This document shows positions 9,254-20,829 of a stretch of 32,000 bases of DNA, one piece after another (the first letter of the stretch is position 1; each line of letters opens with the position of its first letter). The stretch is taken from the sequence record OY751497.1; one strand, given 5' to 3'. The notes under the pieces are model-generated. The model searched no databases, was not told the origin of the DNA, and worked only from the letters and a program-made list of their open reading frames with translations. Both the position numbers and the translations under genes were made by a program.

Positions 9254-10328
9254 AAAGAATATAATAATAACAAATTATAAATTATAAATTATAAATTATT
9301 ATCCCTTCAGTTTTTACTTTAACTGTTTTATTCCCTAATCTTTTTTCTTATACATACATAAATATTAAAAAACAAACTACGTACTACTACTAGGTTGTAG
9401 AAATACAAGTAATACTACTACATCTATAGAAGTATTACTTCTATAGATGTTCTACAACTTAGAACCAGAAGTTAAAGAAGTAGATTTTCTACTTACTTGA
9501 ACAAGAAGTACTACGAAGTATTATTTAGTCTTCATAAAAATGTATTTTAACTACTTAAATTAATAATTGAAATTTAAATAATTTTAAGTAATAATTGTAT
9601 ATACTATTATTTAGTTTAAGTAGAGTAAGTGTACTTTGTACATTATGTTCTTAAAAACTACGTACAAAAACTACGTACTACGTCAAAATTCACTATGAAG
9701 TTACATACTTCATATAAAAATAAAAACTTCATATAAAAATAAAATTATTAACAACCAATAACATCTAGTTTTTTTGTAAATTAGTACCGCTAAACTAATA
9801 TTTTACAATATGTACATTTGCGGCCTATCTAGAAATGTTCTATTTCTTAATTAATGATATTATTTTTTCTTCTACTTAATTAACTTCGTATAAAAATATA
9901 ATTAAGATAAATAATCATTATTAGTATCTAGAGGTTAGATTCTTGCTTTATAGACATTCAGCATTTATCTATTATGTTTGTGGCTACCCAACTATGCGTT
10001 CCTATTTTGTGCCTTTTTATTTATATAATATAAATTAAAAACTTTTTTGCAAAAGTTAAAAAGGACTTTCCCCATTTTTCTTTACTTTTGCCTTCAAGAT
10101 ACTTTGAGTCCCTAACAAAATAATACAAACAATTGGTACACTAGAGAAACACAGCCTATTGATCCTTTCGTACTAGAAGGTCTGCCCCTTTTTACTAATT
10201 TTCCCTCCAGAAGATAGGGACCATACTGACTCACGTCGTATTAAACCCAACTCACGTACCCTTTTAATCGGCGAACAGCCGAACCCTTCCAAGCTTCTTC
10301 CCCCGGAGGATAGGATGAGTCGACATCG

Positions 10329-11546
10329 CATTTTTATTACTTTATATTACTTTATAATTTATTTATAGAGTAATAAGTAATATTCTTAACCTTTCAGTTA
10401 AGTTTAGACTATATCTTCAACCAGTATAAAGAATACAATTTATTTAGCCCTGGTTGTTGGCGTGTAGTCGTTGAAGGGTTATAAATTCTACAGTCGCTAT
10501 CACCTAAATATTATAACTTCCCTGCTGATTGCCCAATCTTTCAAATTTTCACTTATAAATAAGTATTGAAAGCTCTAAGGGTGTTCCAGCATATAGCCAA
10601 ATTCTAAATTAATATTGCTATTAAGATTCCCCAATGTCATAATAGGAACATAATATTCTATTCTACAAATATGTCAATAGGATCACTGTTATCATCTACA
10701 ATATTTGAAGTTTCTTGTATAATTACTTTATTTTCATTTATTTTATATAACATTGTTTCATGCATATGAGGAATTAAAGAAGGTTTGAATTCTTCGAAAC
10801 TTTGTTTAGTTAGATATATTCTTTCATAAACAGAATCATTATTACTATTCTTTTTATTATGAATACTACTGTTTAGATTAAACCTATCTTTAAGAACATT
10901 TATAAGAATTTCAATTTCTTCATGTTTGTAACTGTCCGTACATAAAGTTACCCCACCATTTTTCACTCGTTGACCATCATCCATAATCCAAAAAGCTAAA
11001 CTTCTATCTGTTAAATGATCTCCAATGTTAAATGGTATTATTTTCTTACCTTCCTCATTTAAAAACAAATCTGCTAGAGGTTTTAATTCTTCCAGTGATT
11101 GACTCCTAAAATATAATGACTTATTTATATTATTAAATCTATTATCTTCCCTTGTATATTCTTTGATTCCATCAACCATTAAAGGTAAACCACCTTCTTT
11201 AGTTAAATTGTACAAATAATTTAAATATTCTGATTTTTTATTTGACTGCTCAAAAGAAATAAAAGCTTTATTTAAACCAGTTCTTCCAATATGAGCTTCT
11301 CCTAATAATACTCCAATTAACATATCTTTCAGTGTTTTATTCATAATTCAGTTTATATTATATATTTGGTTCTAACTAATATTAAAATTAGAAAAAAAAG
11401 AACTATCTCTGCCTGATTTAATAATTTAAATCACAGCTTTCTATACACTATTATTTAACATTATATTTTATAGATATTAATGAGATATTGAGGGTATTTA
11501 ATTATTTTAATTAAAATATTATATTATGTTTATTTGATTTAATTTA
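10329..11546 (-). mobile_element. group I intron in rnl domain V, inserted between ...GGCACCT and CGATGTCG...
   Basis: Exon continuity is restored by removing 1218 nt. The upstream exon ends in T and the intron ends in G. The core element AAGATATAGTC and other structured, GC-richer blocks lie 3' of the ORF (10329-10657). Confidence 0.88.
10658..11344 (-). CDS. LAGLIDADG homing endonuclease (double motif), intron-encoded
   Basis: 228-aa intact ORF. Motif 1 is LIGVLLGEAHIG and motif 2 is LAFWIMDDGQR. It lies inside the rnl group I intron. Confidence 0.92.
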   Translation of the reverse strand: MNKTLKDMLIGVLLGEAHIGRTGLNKAFISFEQSNKKSEYLNYLYNLTKEGGLPLMVDGIKEYTREDNRFNNINKSLYFRSQSLEELKPLADLFLNEEGKKIIPFNIGDHLTDRSLAFWIMDDGQRVKNGGVTLCTDSYKHEEIEILINVLKDRFNLNSSIHNKKNSNNDSVYERIYLTKQSFEEFKPSLIPHMHETMLYKINENKVIIQETSNIVDDNSDPIDIFVE

Positions 11547-14500
11547 AGGTGCCAAACAGCCGAGACAATGTGTACTCTCGTCGGCTATCAGCCTGTTATC
11601 CCTAGCGTAACTTTTATTAATTGATCCCCGTCTATCCCATTTTATAGCGAGGGGTCACTATGCCCTACTTACGTATCTGTTTGACTTTTAGGTCTATCAG
11701 TTAAGCATGCTTATCGCCATTGAGCCCTGCGCAACCCTTCACGGTTGATTGATCTCCATTCAATTTCTAGCTATACCTTTTTAAATAAAATATATGTATT
11801 TTTGTTTTTTGCCAAACTCTTGACCCTAACCAATTTAAAGTAAGTATTTATTAAATATTTAATTTAAAGAGAGGGATCACTAATTTATTTTTTAAATATT
11901 TTAGCTTGAAGAGAAAGTTTTTATTTTATTAGTAAATTAATATATTATTTAAATATTAATTTAAAATTTTCCTCTTTATTAAAAATTTTAATATTTTAAG
12001 AAAGAGAATAAATTATTTGTATTAAATATAAAAAACTACGTATAAACAAAATATTATATAGTACAATATTAAATTTATAAATATTTTATATTTTAGGTAA
12101 ATATATATATATACCCTAAAAAAATTAACAATTTGGATGTACTTTGCTACTCTATTAAAGACGACCGCCCCAGTCAAACTGCCAATTAGTCAACTCTCCC
12201 TTTATTTTTTAATCTTTAAGGTAAACATAAACCCAATCTTAATTATAAGGTTTCCAATATTTGTCTATCGACATCTCTATTTTCTATGGCGTTAAGATTG
12301 TTCTAGATTTATATGATAACTAACTACAGTAAAGCTGCATAGGGTCTTCCCGTCCCCCTGGAGGCAACGCGCATCTGCACGCGTAATTCAATTTCACTGA
12401 GCAAGTTGTAGAGACAGTGAGGCCATCGTTACATTATTGATACTGGACCACATTTAATGGCCAACTTATTTTGCTACCTTAGGATCCTCATAGTTAAGAC
12501 CGCTATTAACCAATCTTTTGATAATCTACAGTTTCCCATAATTTATCTTATGTTTATGGCATTGGGCAAATTTCACACAGTATACTATCATATTAATGAT
12601 TGCACTGTGTTGTGTTTTTAGTAAACAGTCGGGGCCTCCGATTCTGTGCCACCGCCTTATGAAGATTAAAATTATTCATTTGATTTTTCAATGTGCGGTT
12701 CCTCTTTTCGTCAAACTTATGAGGTGATCTTGCCGAGTTCCTTAACAACTTTTAGCTCTACGCCTTAGTATACTCTACCTACGAACCTGTGTCGGTTTAG
12801 GGTACGGTAGTTTAAATTTTATATTTTTAGAATTTGAGAGATAAATAAATTTTTACGTAGTTACGTACTAAGTTTCTTTACAAAAACTACAACTACTTTC
12901 TACTTAAAATTATTATTCTTTATAAACTAGACCATTATTTAAATTTACATTTCTAATTTATCCTTAAGTAAATTTTATTTTTCTTAAAGAGATTTAACCA
13001 TTTATTTTTCCCTATATATAATTTATAATTTTATAATTTAAAGTTAAACTTACATTTAATATTTCTATTAATTTTAGCAAAAACTGTTAAAAAAATAAAT
13101 GTAATTTAAACAAGACTATAATATTTAAATAATTAATATTCATCTATTTTTGATAATTTAAATAAAATTAAAAATAAACGTATAAATTAAATTTAAAGAG
13201 ATATACTTAATATAGGGAGAGTTATTATACTCCAATTATAATTTTCTACCTATTTAATTACTTAATATAGGAAGAGTATACATTTAAATATAATCTTTAA
13301 GTATATTTTTAAAGTTTTAAATTAAATTTTATAATGGTCATTATTCCACAAAATTATAAATATAAAATTTAGTAATTAAATACAAGTAAATTAAACATAA
13401 ATAATTATTTTTTTTATTTATAAATGTTTAATTAATATTTAAATTACTAAAATATTCATTTCCTGGTCCTTATATAATTAATAAAGGACTTTCTATTTTA
13501 TACTCATCAGCCAAAACTTTGGTTTTGGTCCTTAGAGGCCGCATTCACACAAAACGGATTAACCTTTCCTATTTGCAACCCTTTCGTATTCGGCGAGAAG
13601 TATTATAACTTCTTTTTACGTTACTCATGTCAGCATTCTCTCTTCAGTAACCTAAAAAATAATGAAACACTATTTTATTATTAGTTTGACTGAATGTTCT
13701 ACTACCTAGATTTAAAATAAATTAAAATTTTTATTCTAAATCAACACGATATCGGTTGATTGTTTAAGACCCGTTAAATTTTCGGCGCTACTATCTAAAC
13801 TGCTGATGCGTTGTTACATACGATCATTATAAGTAGCGACTACCAGGCTCACTTCACAGCTGTATACGATATTGCTACGTCCTTAATTTCACTTAACAAT
13901 CATTTGGGACCTTGATCAGTGTTCTCGGCTGTTTCCGTCTTGACTGCCCAACTTAGCATGAGCAGTCTGAATATCTACCATCAATTTATGTAATTCCGAG
14001 ATTCGCTTCCAAAGGTAAGATTTTCGAGGTCCCCGCAACCTAAACGCATAAAAGGCAGTTGTAATTAATTTAATAAAATTAAATTACCTTTTTTTTTTTT
14101 TTTTAAGGTACTATTACAATTCTCTTAATTGTTGGGAATTGCCTTGCTGTACCTCCATAAATTTTGTATAGACGTCATACTTAAATATGTTTCGGTAGAA
14201 AACCAGCTAGCACCAGGTCAGATTGGCATTTCACCGCTTACCTAAACTCATCGGAGAATTATGCAACATTCACCCGTTCGATCCATTATAATCTGGTCTA
14301 GGTAAGATCACCTGGCTTCGGGTCTAATAGAAGTAACTTATCCATCACTATTTAAATAGTCCAGTCGCTTTCGCTAGGGCTTTTAACCTTGCTACTCCTA
14401 TTAACTTGCTGACCCATTATGCAAAAGGTACGCCGTCATTCATTTATCTTATATGTTTTAAAGTAGAATTTCGACTGCTTATAGAGTTACTAATTCAAGA

Positions 14501-16060
14501 TCTATTTCACCAATTCATTAATAAATTTATTATTATTTCTAATTATAATTTTTATTAATTCCTTTTTTAGTATACCACTCGCTTTTCAAACTTTTCCTTT
14601 ACAGTACTTTTTCACTATCGCTAAATTTATTATACTTAGCCTTAGAGGATGGTTCCCCTATATTCTGACAAGTTTTCTCTCATCATACTTTTATTAATTA
14701 ATTAATAAATCTACAGGACTTATAGTATTTGACCTTTTTTAGAACATTTCTATAAAAACTTCATATGAAATTTTTACTTCATACTTCATATAGAAATGTT
14801 AACTAATACACCTTCAAATTAATTTATTACTTTTTTTTATAATAAATTTTCAATAAAGATGTTTAAGTTATTCAATTTATTTCATTAATTTAGGCTAGTC
14901 TGATTTCACTCACCATTACTTTCAGAGTCTCGGTTGATTTCCTTTCCTTTCCCTAATAAAATGTTTTACTTCAGGAAGTATTTTATTAACAAGGTTTACC
15001 TTAGGATCGCTTATTTTTCATATCTGGAAATAAATTAATTATTTCTTGAAGCTTTTGGTTAGTACCTCCTTTTTAATAAATTTGCCTTAGTTTTCCTTAA
15101 TAACCCCTTTAAATTACTTATTATATAATATTAGATTATATTATTATTTTTGTGATGTTATTACAATATTGTCATTGATACTTTTAATTAATTTTTTATT
15201 TTTATATATTTTATTTTATTTATAAAATATTTAAGAAACTTTTTTTTACTAGTACATAGGACTAGTGTTTTATTAAAAACTAGTACTAGTCCTACGTCCT
15301 ACATCCTATATCCTATCAGAAACTAGTTGTAAATATAGTAATACTATTATTTAGAAGTAGTGTATATACGTAGTAATATAAAATTTATAAATTTTTATTT
15401 ATATCTACTCTGAATTAATATTTAAATTTAAAATCCATATATCATATAAATTAAATATGAAATAAAAACTATATGTATTTCTTCTTCATACTAATATTAT
15501 TAGTACTAGTTTTTTAATAACATTATATTTATAAATATTTTTTTTTTTATAAATAATTAAAAGAGAAGCTAATTTGTTCTATGTAAAAAGTTAATTTATT
15601 TAGAAATATTTATATTTATATATTTATTCTACTAAAAATTTAACTGATTTCTATCTATTTTAAGAATAAAATATTTTATTCTTAAAATTTTATAATAAAA
15701 TTTAAATAGAAAATATATAGGACTTAAATATATATTATTAATTAATAATAGCTCTTCTTAAAAATAAATTTATTTTTTGGATAAAATATTTATCATATAT
15801 TATATTTTATATTTTATATTTTATACATATAATAAATTAAATATAATAATAACGTCTAGAAAGTGAAACGAATGTATATCCTAGTTATTACAAATATGAT
15901 AAATAATTATTAATGAGGGTAATTCTAGTGAATTAAATTATATAAATTATATTTATATAATTATAAATAAATTATAATTTAACTTTACTTCAAATAAATA
16001 AATTAAAGTCAATTATCTATTAAATTTAATAATTAATAAAATTTCCTAATATTTCTAAAG

Positions 16061-16085
16061 AAAAACTACGTTACTACGTACAAAA
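16061..16085 (+). promoter_or_regulatory. motif aaaaactacgttactacgtacaaaa (copy 1 in the rnl/rps3 divergent spacer)
   Basis: The core is identical to 30642-30667. The orientation equals that of the downstream rps3. Confidence 0.35.
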
Positions 16086-16127
16086 GTAGTACTATAAAAA
16101 TATAATTAATATATACTAAATATACCT

Positions 16128-16157
16128 AAAAAAAAGTACGTTACTACGTACAAAAAA
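16128..16157 (+). promoter_or_regulatory. motif aaaaaaaagtacgttactacgtacaaaaaa (copy 2, 67 nt after copy 1)
   Basis: The 18-mer acgttactacgtacaaaa is shared with 16061, 30642 and, in reverse complement, 22966. Confidence 0.35.
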
Positions 16158-16752
16158 TAGGAAAATATTTTCTATTATCTAGAAAGTATTATTTACTAGA
16201 AAATAGTAAATAAGAAGTACTCTAAATAATCAAATTTGTATGTAATTATTCAAAGCAGTAGAAGAACTTACTACGTAATATTATTAATCTTTAATCTTTA
16301 ATAAAATAAGTTAATAATTATTTTTAGATTTCTTTTTATAAATATTTTTTAGAATAATTAGGTAAATATTATTTTGTAATAACTACTTATAAAGATTAAT
16401 AATAATTTTACTTGGATCTAGACGTTATACTATTATGGAGTAGTTTTACTAATAGAAGATCTTCATCTAGAAATACTTTGTCTAGTACAACTTATTTAAA
16501 ATTTAACGTAAAACTAGTACTACTTTGTAGTAGAAAGATGATCTTTATTTAAAATTTAATTATATTTAAAAATACTTCTAGACGTAGACGAAGTCATAGT
16601 TCTACTTCTATAGAAGTACTTCTTCATAGTACTTGTACATAGTATTACTACTATTTGTACGTAGTACTAGTACTTATTCAAATGAAGAAAAGAAAATTAA
16701 AGGAAATTTTATTCTATAAACAAAAACAAAAACAAAAGTACATATAAAAATA

Positions 16753-18651
16753 ATGCATTTATTTAATTCCAAAACCAATTACAACAATTTAATTATAAAT
16801 AAAAGTAAATATACACAAATAAAGATAGATAAAAAAATTATACCTTTATTTAGTAGTCCAGTTCAATTAAAACAAATAAATTTAAGACAAACAAATAAAT
16901 TTAATATTAGTATAATAAATCCTCACAAAAAACTAACTTATAAAATAATAAGTTTAAATGAAATTTTATCAATATTTTTAAGAGGAATTAATTTATATAA
17001 TTTAACTTTAGATAATTATTTAAAAAAAAGAAGCAATTCTACAAGTACTACTTTGAAGAAGAGTACGTATACTAAATTAAATTTAATTAGAGAATTAAAA
17101 TATGATGAATATAATAAATTAAATATAATTTATAATAATTATTTATATTTATTAAATAGATATTTACCTATACTAAAAATAAGATCTTTAATTTATAAAT
17201 TAGAATTATTTACTCCAAAAGAACTATTAAAATATAATTCTTTATATACATATACTTTCCGTTTAAGAAGTTTACATTTAAATAAAAAATTTGAATATTT
17301 AAGAATACAAAAATTTATTAATAAAACAGAAAAAAATATTAATATTAGAATGGTAAGTAAAATATTAGAAAAAGGTGATAAATTATTTTTAGATATGAAT
17401 TCTTTAATTAATAAAAAGAAAATTAGTATTAATAAATTTAAATTAAATAATTTGTTTTCACCAGTGAATAATTTTATTTTTAATATTATAAATAAAAAAT
17501 CTTTATTAGAAGAATTAAAAGTTAAAAAAGATAAAAAAAATAATTATGATAATTTATTAAGTTTAAACAACAAACAAATAAATTTAGATTTAAGTTTTAA
17601 CCAAATAAATAAAAATAATGAAATAAAAATAAGAAATACAAGAAAAACTATCTTAAATTATTTTAATTTTAGTAGTAACGGAGACAAAACTACATATTTA
17701 GAAGAATTATTATATTCATCTCCACTTGAAATAATGTATTATAATAAAAATACTTCGTATAATAATATAGAAAGTAAACCAATTATTAATCAATATTTAA
17801 AAGAAATGAGTAAATTTAATATGTTGAGAAAAGGTATTTTTATTTACTATAATAATTTAATTGGATTTAATTTTAATAGTAATACAAATAAATTAATTAA
17901 AAACATTTATAATTTATTAGCTTCTACCTTTAAATCTATGTATTGTTTAATTAGTAAACCTGTCTTTGTTATTACTCCGGATAAAATTACTATTCAATTA
18001 TTTTACTATTTATTTATTCCTAATTTACTTAAATTAAAACAAATTAATTTATATAAAAAAAATAAGAAATATAATTATATAAAATTAATTCAAAATATTA
18101 GAGAATTAAAAAAGAAACACAAAAGATTTAAAAAACAAATTAGCAGATTCAGAAGATTTAAAAAAAATAAAATTAATTTCTTAAATTTAAGTAATAATAC
18201 TTTAACTAAAAATTTCTCTAATAAATTTAATATTTTATGTAATATTTTAAGTAATTTATTTAAAAAACCTGTGGAATTAAATTTAATTAGGTTACATTAC
18301 CCTTATTTAGATAGTAATATTTTAGTTAACTTATTAGGTATTATGATTAATAAAATTAAACTAAGAATTCTTATTAGAAAACTTTTTGAAAATACTGTAA
18401 TTAAAAACTTAAATTCTGTTAATTTAAATAGAAATAATAATATTATTCCAGCTTTCTTAACTGGTATTAATATTAAAATTGCAGGTAGATTATTGACACA
18501 AAGAGTTATACCTAGAAAAACAGTTAAAATTATTATTAGAGGAGCTTCAGCTAGAAGTAAAGTAAATTTCTTAGATGTAGCTAGATATTCTAATAAAAAT
18601 AGAAGAGGTGCTTTTAGTATTACAGTAAAATCAGGACAAAATTTTTTTTAA
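16753..18651 (+). CDS. rps3: mitochondrial ribosomal protein S3 (var1-like), free-standing and strongly N/K/I-expanded
   Basis: 632-aa ORF. Only the C-terminal part (IKIAGRLLTQRVIPRKTVKIIIRGASARSKVNFLDVARYSNKNRRGAFSITVKSG) resembles the S3 C-terminal domain. The rest is AT-driven low complexity, as is typical of fungal mt rps3. Confidence 0.8.
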   Translation: MHLFNSKTNYNNLIINKSKYTQIKIDKKIIPLFSSPVQLKQINLRQTNKFNISIINPHKKLTYKIISLNEILSIFLRGINLYNLTLDNYLKKRSNSTSTTLKKSTYTKLNLIRELKYDEYNKLNIIYNNYLYLLNRYLPILKIRSLIYKLELFTPKELLKYNSLYTYTFRLRSLHLNKKFEYLRIQKFINKTEKNINIRMVSKILEKGDKLFLDMNSLINKKKISINKFKLNNLFSPVNNFIFNIINKKSLLEELKVKKDKKNNYDNLLSLNNKQINLDLSFNQINKNNEIKIRNTRKTILNYFNFSSNGDKTTYLEELLYSSPLEIMYYNKNTSYNNIESKPIINQYLKEMSKFNMLRKGIFIYYNNLIGFNFNSNTNKLIKNIYNLLASTFKSMYCLISKPVFVITPDKITIQLFYYLFIPNLLKLKQINLYKKNKKYNYIKLIQNIRELKKKHKRFKKQISRFRRFKKNKINFLNLSNNTLTKNFSNKFNILCNILSNLFKKPVELNLIRLHYPYLDSNILVNLLGIMINKIKLRILIRKLFENTVIKNLNSVNLNRNNNIIPAFLTGINIKIAGRLLTQRVIPRKTVKIIIRGASARSKVNFLDVARYSNKNRRGAFSITVKSGQNFF

Positions 18652-18861
18652 ATAAATTTATACGTATTTCTACTACTTCGTAGAAGTAGTACTCTCTACG
18701 TAATTGTAGTACTACTTGTAGAACTACTTTTAATTTATAATAGATACTTATTTTTAATGGTTTATTTTTAATTCTTTATTATAAATTTTCTAATAAAATA
18801 TTAATATTATATAAATATAAATATAAAAATAAATATAAATATATAAATATAAAATATATAT

Positions 18862-18877
18862 ATAACCCCTTCTCTAC
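18862..18877 (+). promoter_or_regulatory. C-run motif (ataaCCCCttctctac) downstream of rps3
   Basis: C4 at 18866-18869, 215 nt after the rps3 stop. Confidence 0.35.
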
Positions 18878-20363
18878 TATTAGTAGAACAACGTCTATTT
18901 TTATGTAGAAATAGTATTTCGTCTAGTTCTAGTAGAAGTTTTTTATAATTTAAAACTACGTCTACTAATATCAATAATAATTACTCTTTTACTACTAAAG
19001 AAAAAGAAGGATAAATAAAACATATTGCTTAGGTGACTCAACATTAATTAGTAAACATTTATTAAAATACAACTTATAAATATAATAGAATTAAAATAGT
19101 AATATTATATAAATTTATTAATATAAAATATTTATTATTAAAAGAGAGTTAAGATATCTAATACTGTGATTTTTAATAAATAAATTAAAAACATTTATTT
19201 AAGAAGAAAATTGAGTTAAGGTTCTAGGGGAATATTGGGTATATATTAAAACAGAAATAATTTTGTGGTCAAATTAGAAAGAAAATTTTAACTTTTAAAT
19301 ATATAACTATAAATTATAATTTATATTTTATATATTATATTTTATATATTATATTTTATATATTTATATAATAAAATAAATAATATCTAACACTTAAGTA
19401 TGTTAAATTTTCTAATAAAACGTAGTATTACAAATACTTCTTATCATTTTAAAAGAAAAATAAGTAGTAAGAAGTACTACAAGTACTACTACAAAAAACT
19501 ACGTAGTACTAACAAAACTACGTAGTACGTATAGAAATAAGTATTTATTTATAAATAAAGGTAATTAAAACTATAAAACCTATACTCCAACTTATTAATA
19601 TTTATAATAAATTCAGTAAAACCAGATACTATGTACTTATAATTTTAAATCTTAGTACTTAGTTATAACTTATTAAATAATTTATATTTTATTAATAATT
19701 ATAATAATATATTTTTATTAGACGAAGTTTTTAATGGTTTATTTTTACAAAATTAGTTCTATAGATAAATTCTAACTCTTTAAATTAAATAATTTTTTAA
19801 TAAATAATAAGTATAATTAATTTATACTTTATTAGAAGTGATTATTTCTTTTAATATTAAATTAACTTCTTCTACTAGTAATATCTACTTTCTTGAAATA
19901 GAACACTTCTTAAAACAAAAAACAAAAAACAAAAATATTTTTATTCTTTATTCTTTATTCATTATTCTTATTCTTATTCTTTATTCTTTAAATGAAAAAG
20001 TTGATTGGTTTGGTGATAGATAGGATTAAAAATAATTATTTAGTATATTTAATGATACAATAACTTTAAATAAAATATTTATACGTAGTATTTAAGTTAT
20101 AGAAAAAATTTAATATTTATATTATTAATTTAAGTAATATTATTTAATAAATTAACTTAAATAATAATAATTTTAATAATTAAAAGAAAATTTTATAAAA
20201 TAAATACTAATAGTATTTCTTTAGTAGTATTGCGTGTATGTACAAACTTTTATTTTATTTATAAATATAAAGTAGTACTACATAGAAAATAGAAAGAAGT
20301 GAAGTATAGGTAGAAAATTATGGATATAAAATAAATATTTTATATTTATATTTATTATTCATA

Positions 20364-20376
20364 TTATCCCCCTATA
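20364..20376 (+). promoter_or_regulatory. C-run motif (ttatCCCCCtata) with no annotated gene upstream
   Basis: C5 at 20368-20372, in the same sequence context as the other copies. Confidence 0.25.
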
Positions 20377-20520
20377 ATTAAATATTTAAATTTATTTTAT
20401 TAGAAATAAGTATTTATTTATATTTTTATATAAAATACAAATATGAAGTCTGTCCTATCTTAAAAAACAATTTAATGTATAGAAATAAGTATTTATTTGT
20501 TTTATTTAGTACATATTTCT

Positions 20521-20628
20521 AGACGTAGACGTAGACGTATAGAAGAAGTAGAGGAAGAGGTATATGCAGAGGTAGATGTAGAGGTAGATGTAGAGGTAGA
20601 TGTAGAGGTAGATGTAGAGGTAGACGTA
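20521..20628. repeat. tandem repeats: (gtagac)3 at 20521-20539 and five copies of the 12-mer gaggtagatgta at 20569-20628
   Basis: Read directly: four perfect 12-mers plus one variant (gaggtagacgta). Confidence 0.9.
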
Positions 20629-20756
20629 GTCAAAGTATTATTACTACTTCCAACTTAACTATTTCCAACGTGGAGAGTTCTATCAGGAAGAACCTATTAA
20701 CTAATAGAATAAAATAATTAAAAAGATTATATAAGGACATTTATATATTATTATTT

Positions 20757-20829
20757 GCTGAAATAGTTTAAAAGGTTAAAACATACCATTCATGACGGTA
20801 AAAAAAAGGTTCAATTCCTTTTTTCGGCT
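20757..20829 (+). tRNA. trnM: tRNA-Met, elongator type (anticodon CAU; a lysidine-modified Ile reader cannot be excluded)
   Basis: Acceptor GCTGAAA/TTTCGGC (one G-T). D-arm GTTT/AAAC. Anticodon loop TTCATGA. T-arm AAAGG-TTCAATT-CCTTT. Confidence 0.85.

Larger units (their letters stand above)
9745..15110 (-). rRNA. rnl: large subunit rRNA, interrupted by one group I intron (10329-11546); ends approximate
   Basis: The reverse complement contains many universally conserved 23S blocks:
- GGAAATCAACCGAGA (about 14930)
- GGGGAACCATCCTCTAAGGCTAAGTA (about 14650)
- GCTAGCTGGTTTTCTACCGAAA (about 14200)
- AAACCGACACAGGT (about 12790)
- GACGGGAAGACCCTATGCAGCTTTACTG (about 12340)
- TTTGACTGGGGCGGTC (about 12170)
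- TAGGGATAACAGGCTGAT (about 11595)
- CGATGTCGACTCATC (10314-10328)
- GGTACGTGAGTTGGGTTTAA (about 10250)
- CTAGTACGAAAGGA (about 10170)
- GATAGGCCG...GCGGTACTAAT (about 9785-9830)
The termini can pair as TTATTAA/TTAATAA. Confidence 0.95.

Noticed and set aside
10063-10073. Minus-sense GGGGAAAGTCC, resembling the RNase P RNA CR-I box
   Set aside because: It lies inside the 3' domain of rnl, in a hairpin (gcaaaagt...acttttgc), between conserved 23S blocks on both sides. No CR-V partner is evident. It is best explained as an rRNA expansion segment.
11587-11604. Possible omega-type (I-SceI site) intron in rnl
   Set aside because: The site reads continuously as TAGGGATAACAGGCTGAT on the rnl sense strand, so there is no insertion. 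The only intron is about 50 nt further 3' in the rRNA.
19227-19238. ggggaatattgg, resembling the conserved SSU rRNA block TGGGGAATATTGG
   Set aside because: The match is only about 12 nt, the adjacent universally conserved CAGCAG sequence is absent, and there is no other rns-like sequence nearby. It is too short to call an rns fragment.
19838-20023. orf61 from the supplied ORF track
   Set aside because: It has a GTG start. Most of it is low complexity driven by a (ttattc)n-like microsatellite and A5C tracts. I recognise no family, so it is most likely a chance open frame. A C-run motif at 20368 lies downstream, which is the only point in its favour.
20569-20628. Tandem 12-mer array considered as a CRISPR-like array
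   Set aside because: The units are contiguous with no spacers, the unit is only 12 nt, and the context is mitochondrial. It is a simple minisatellite.
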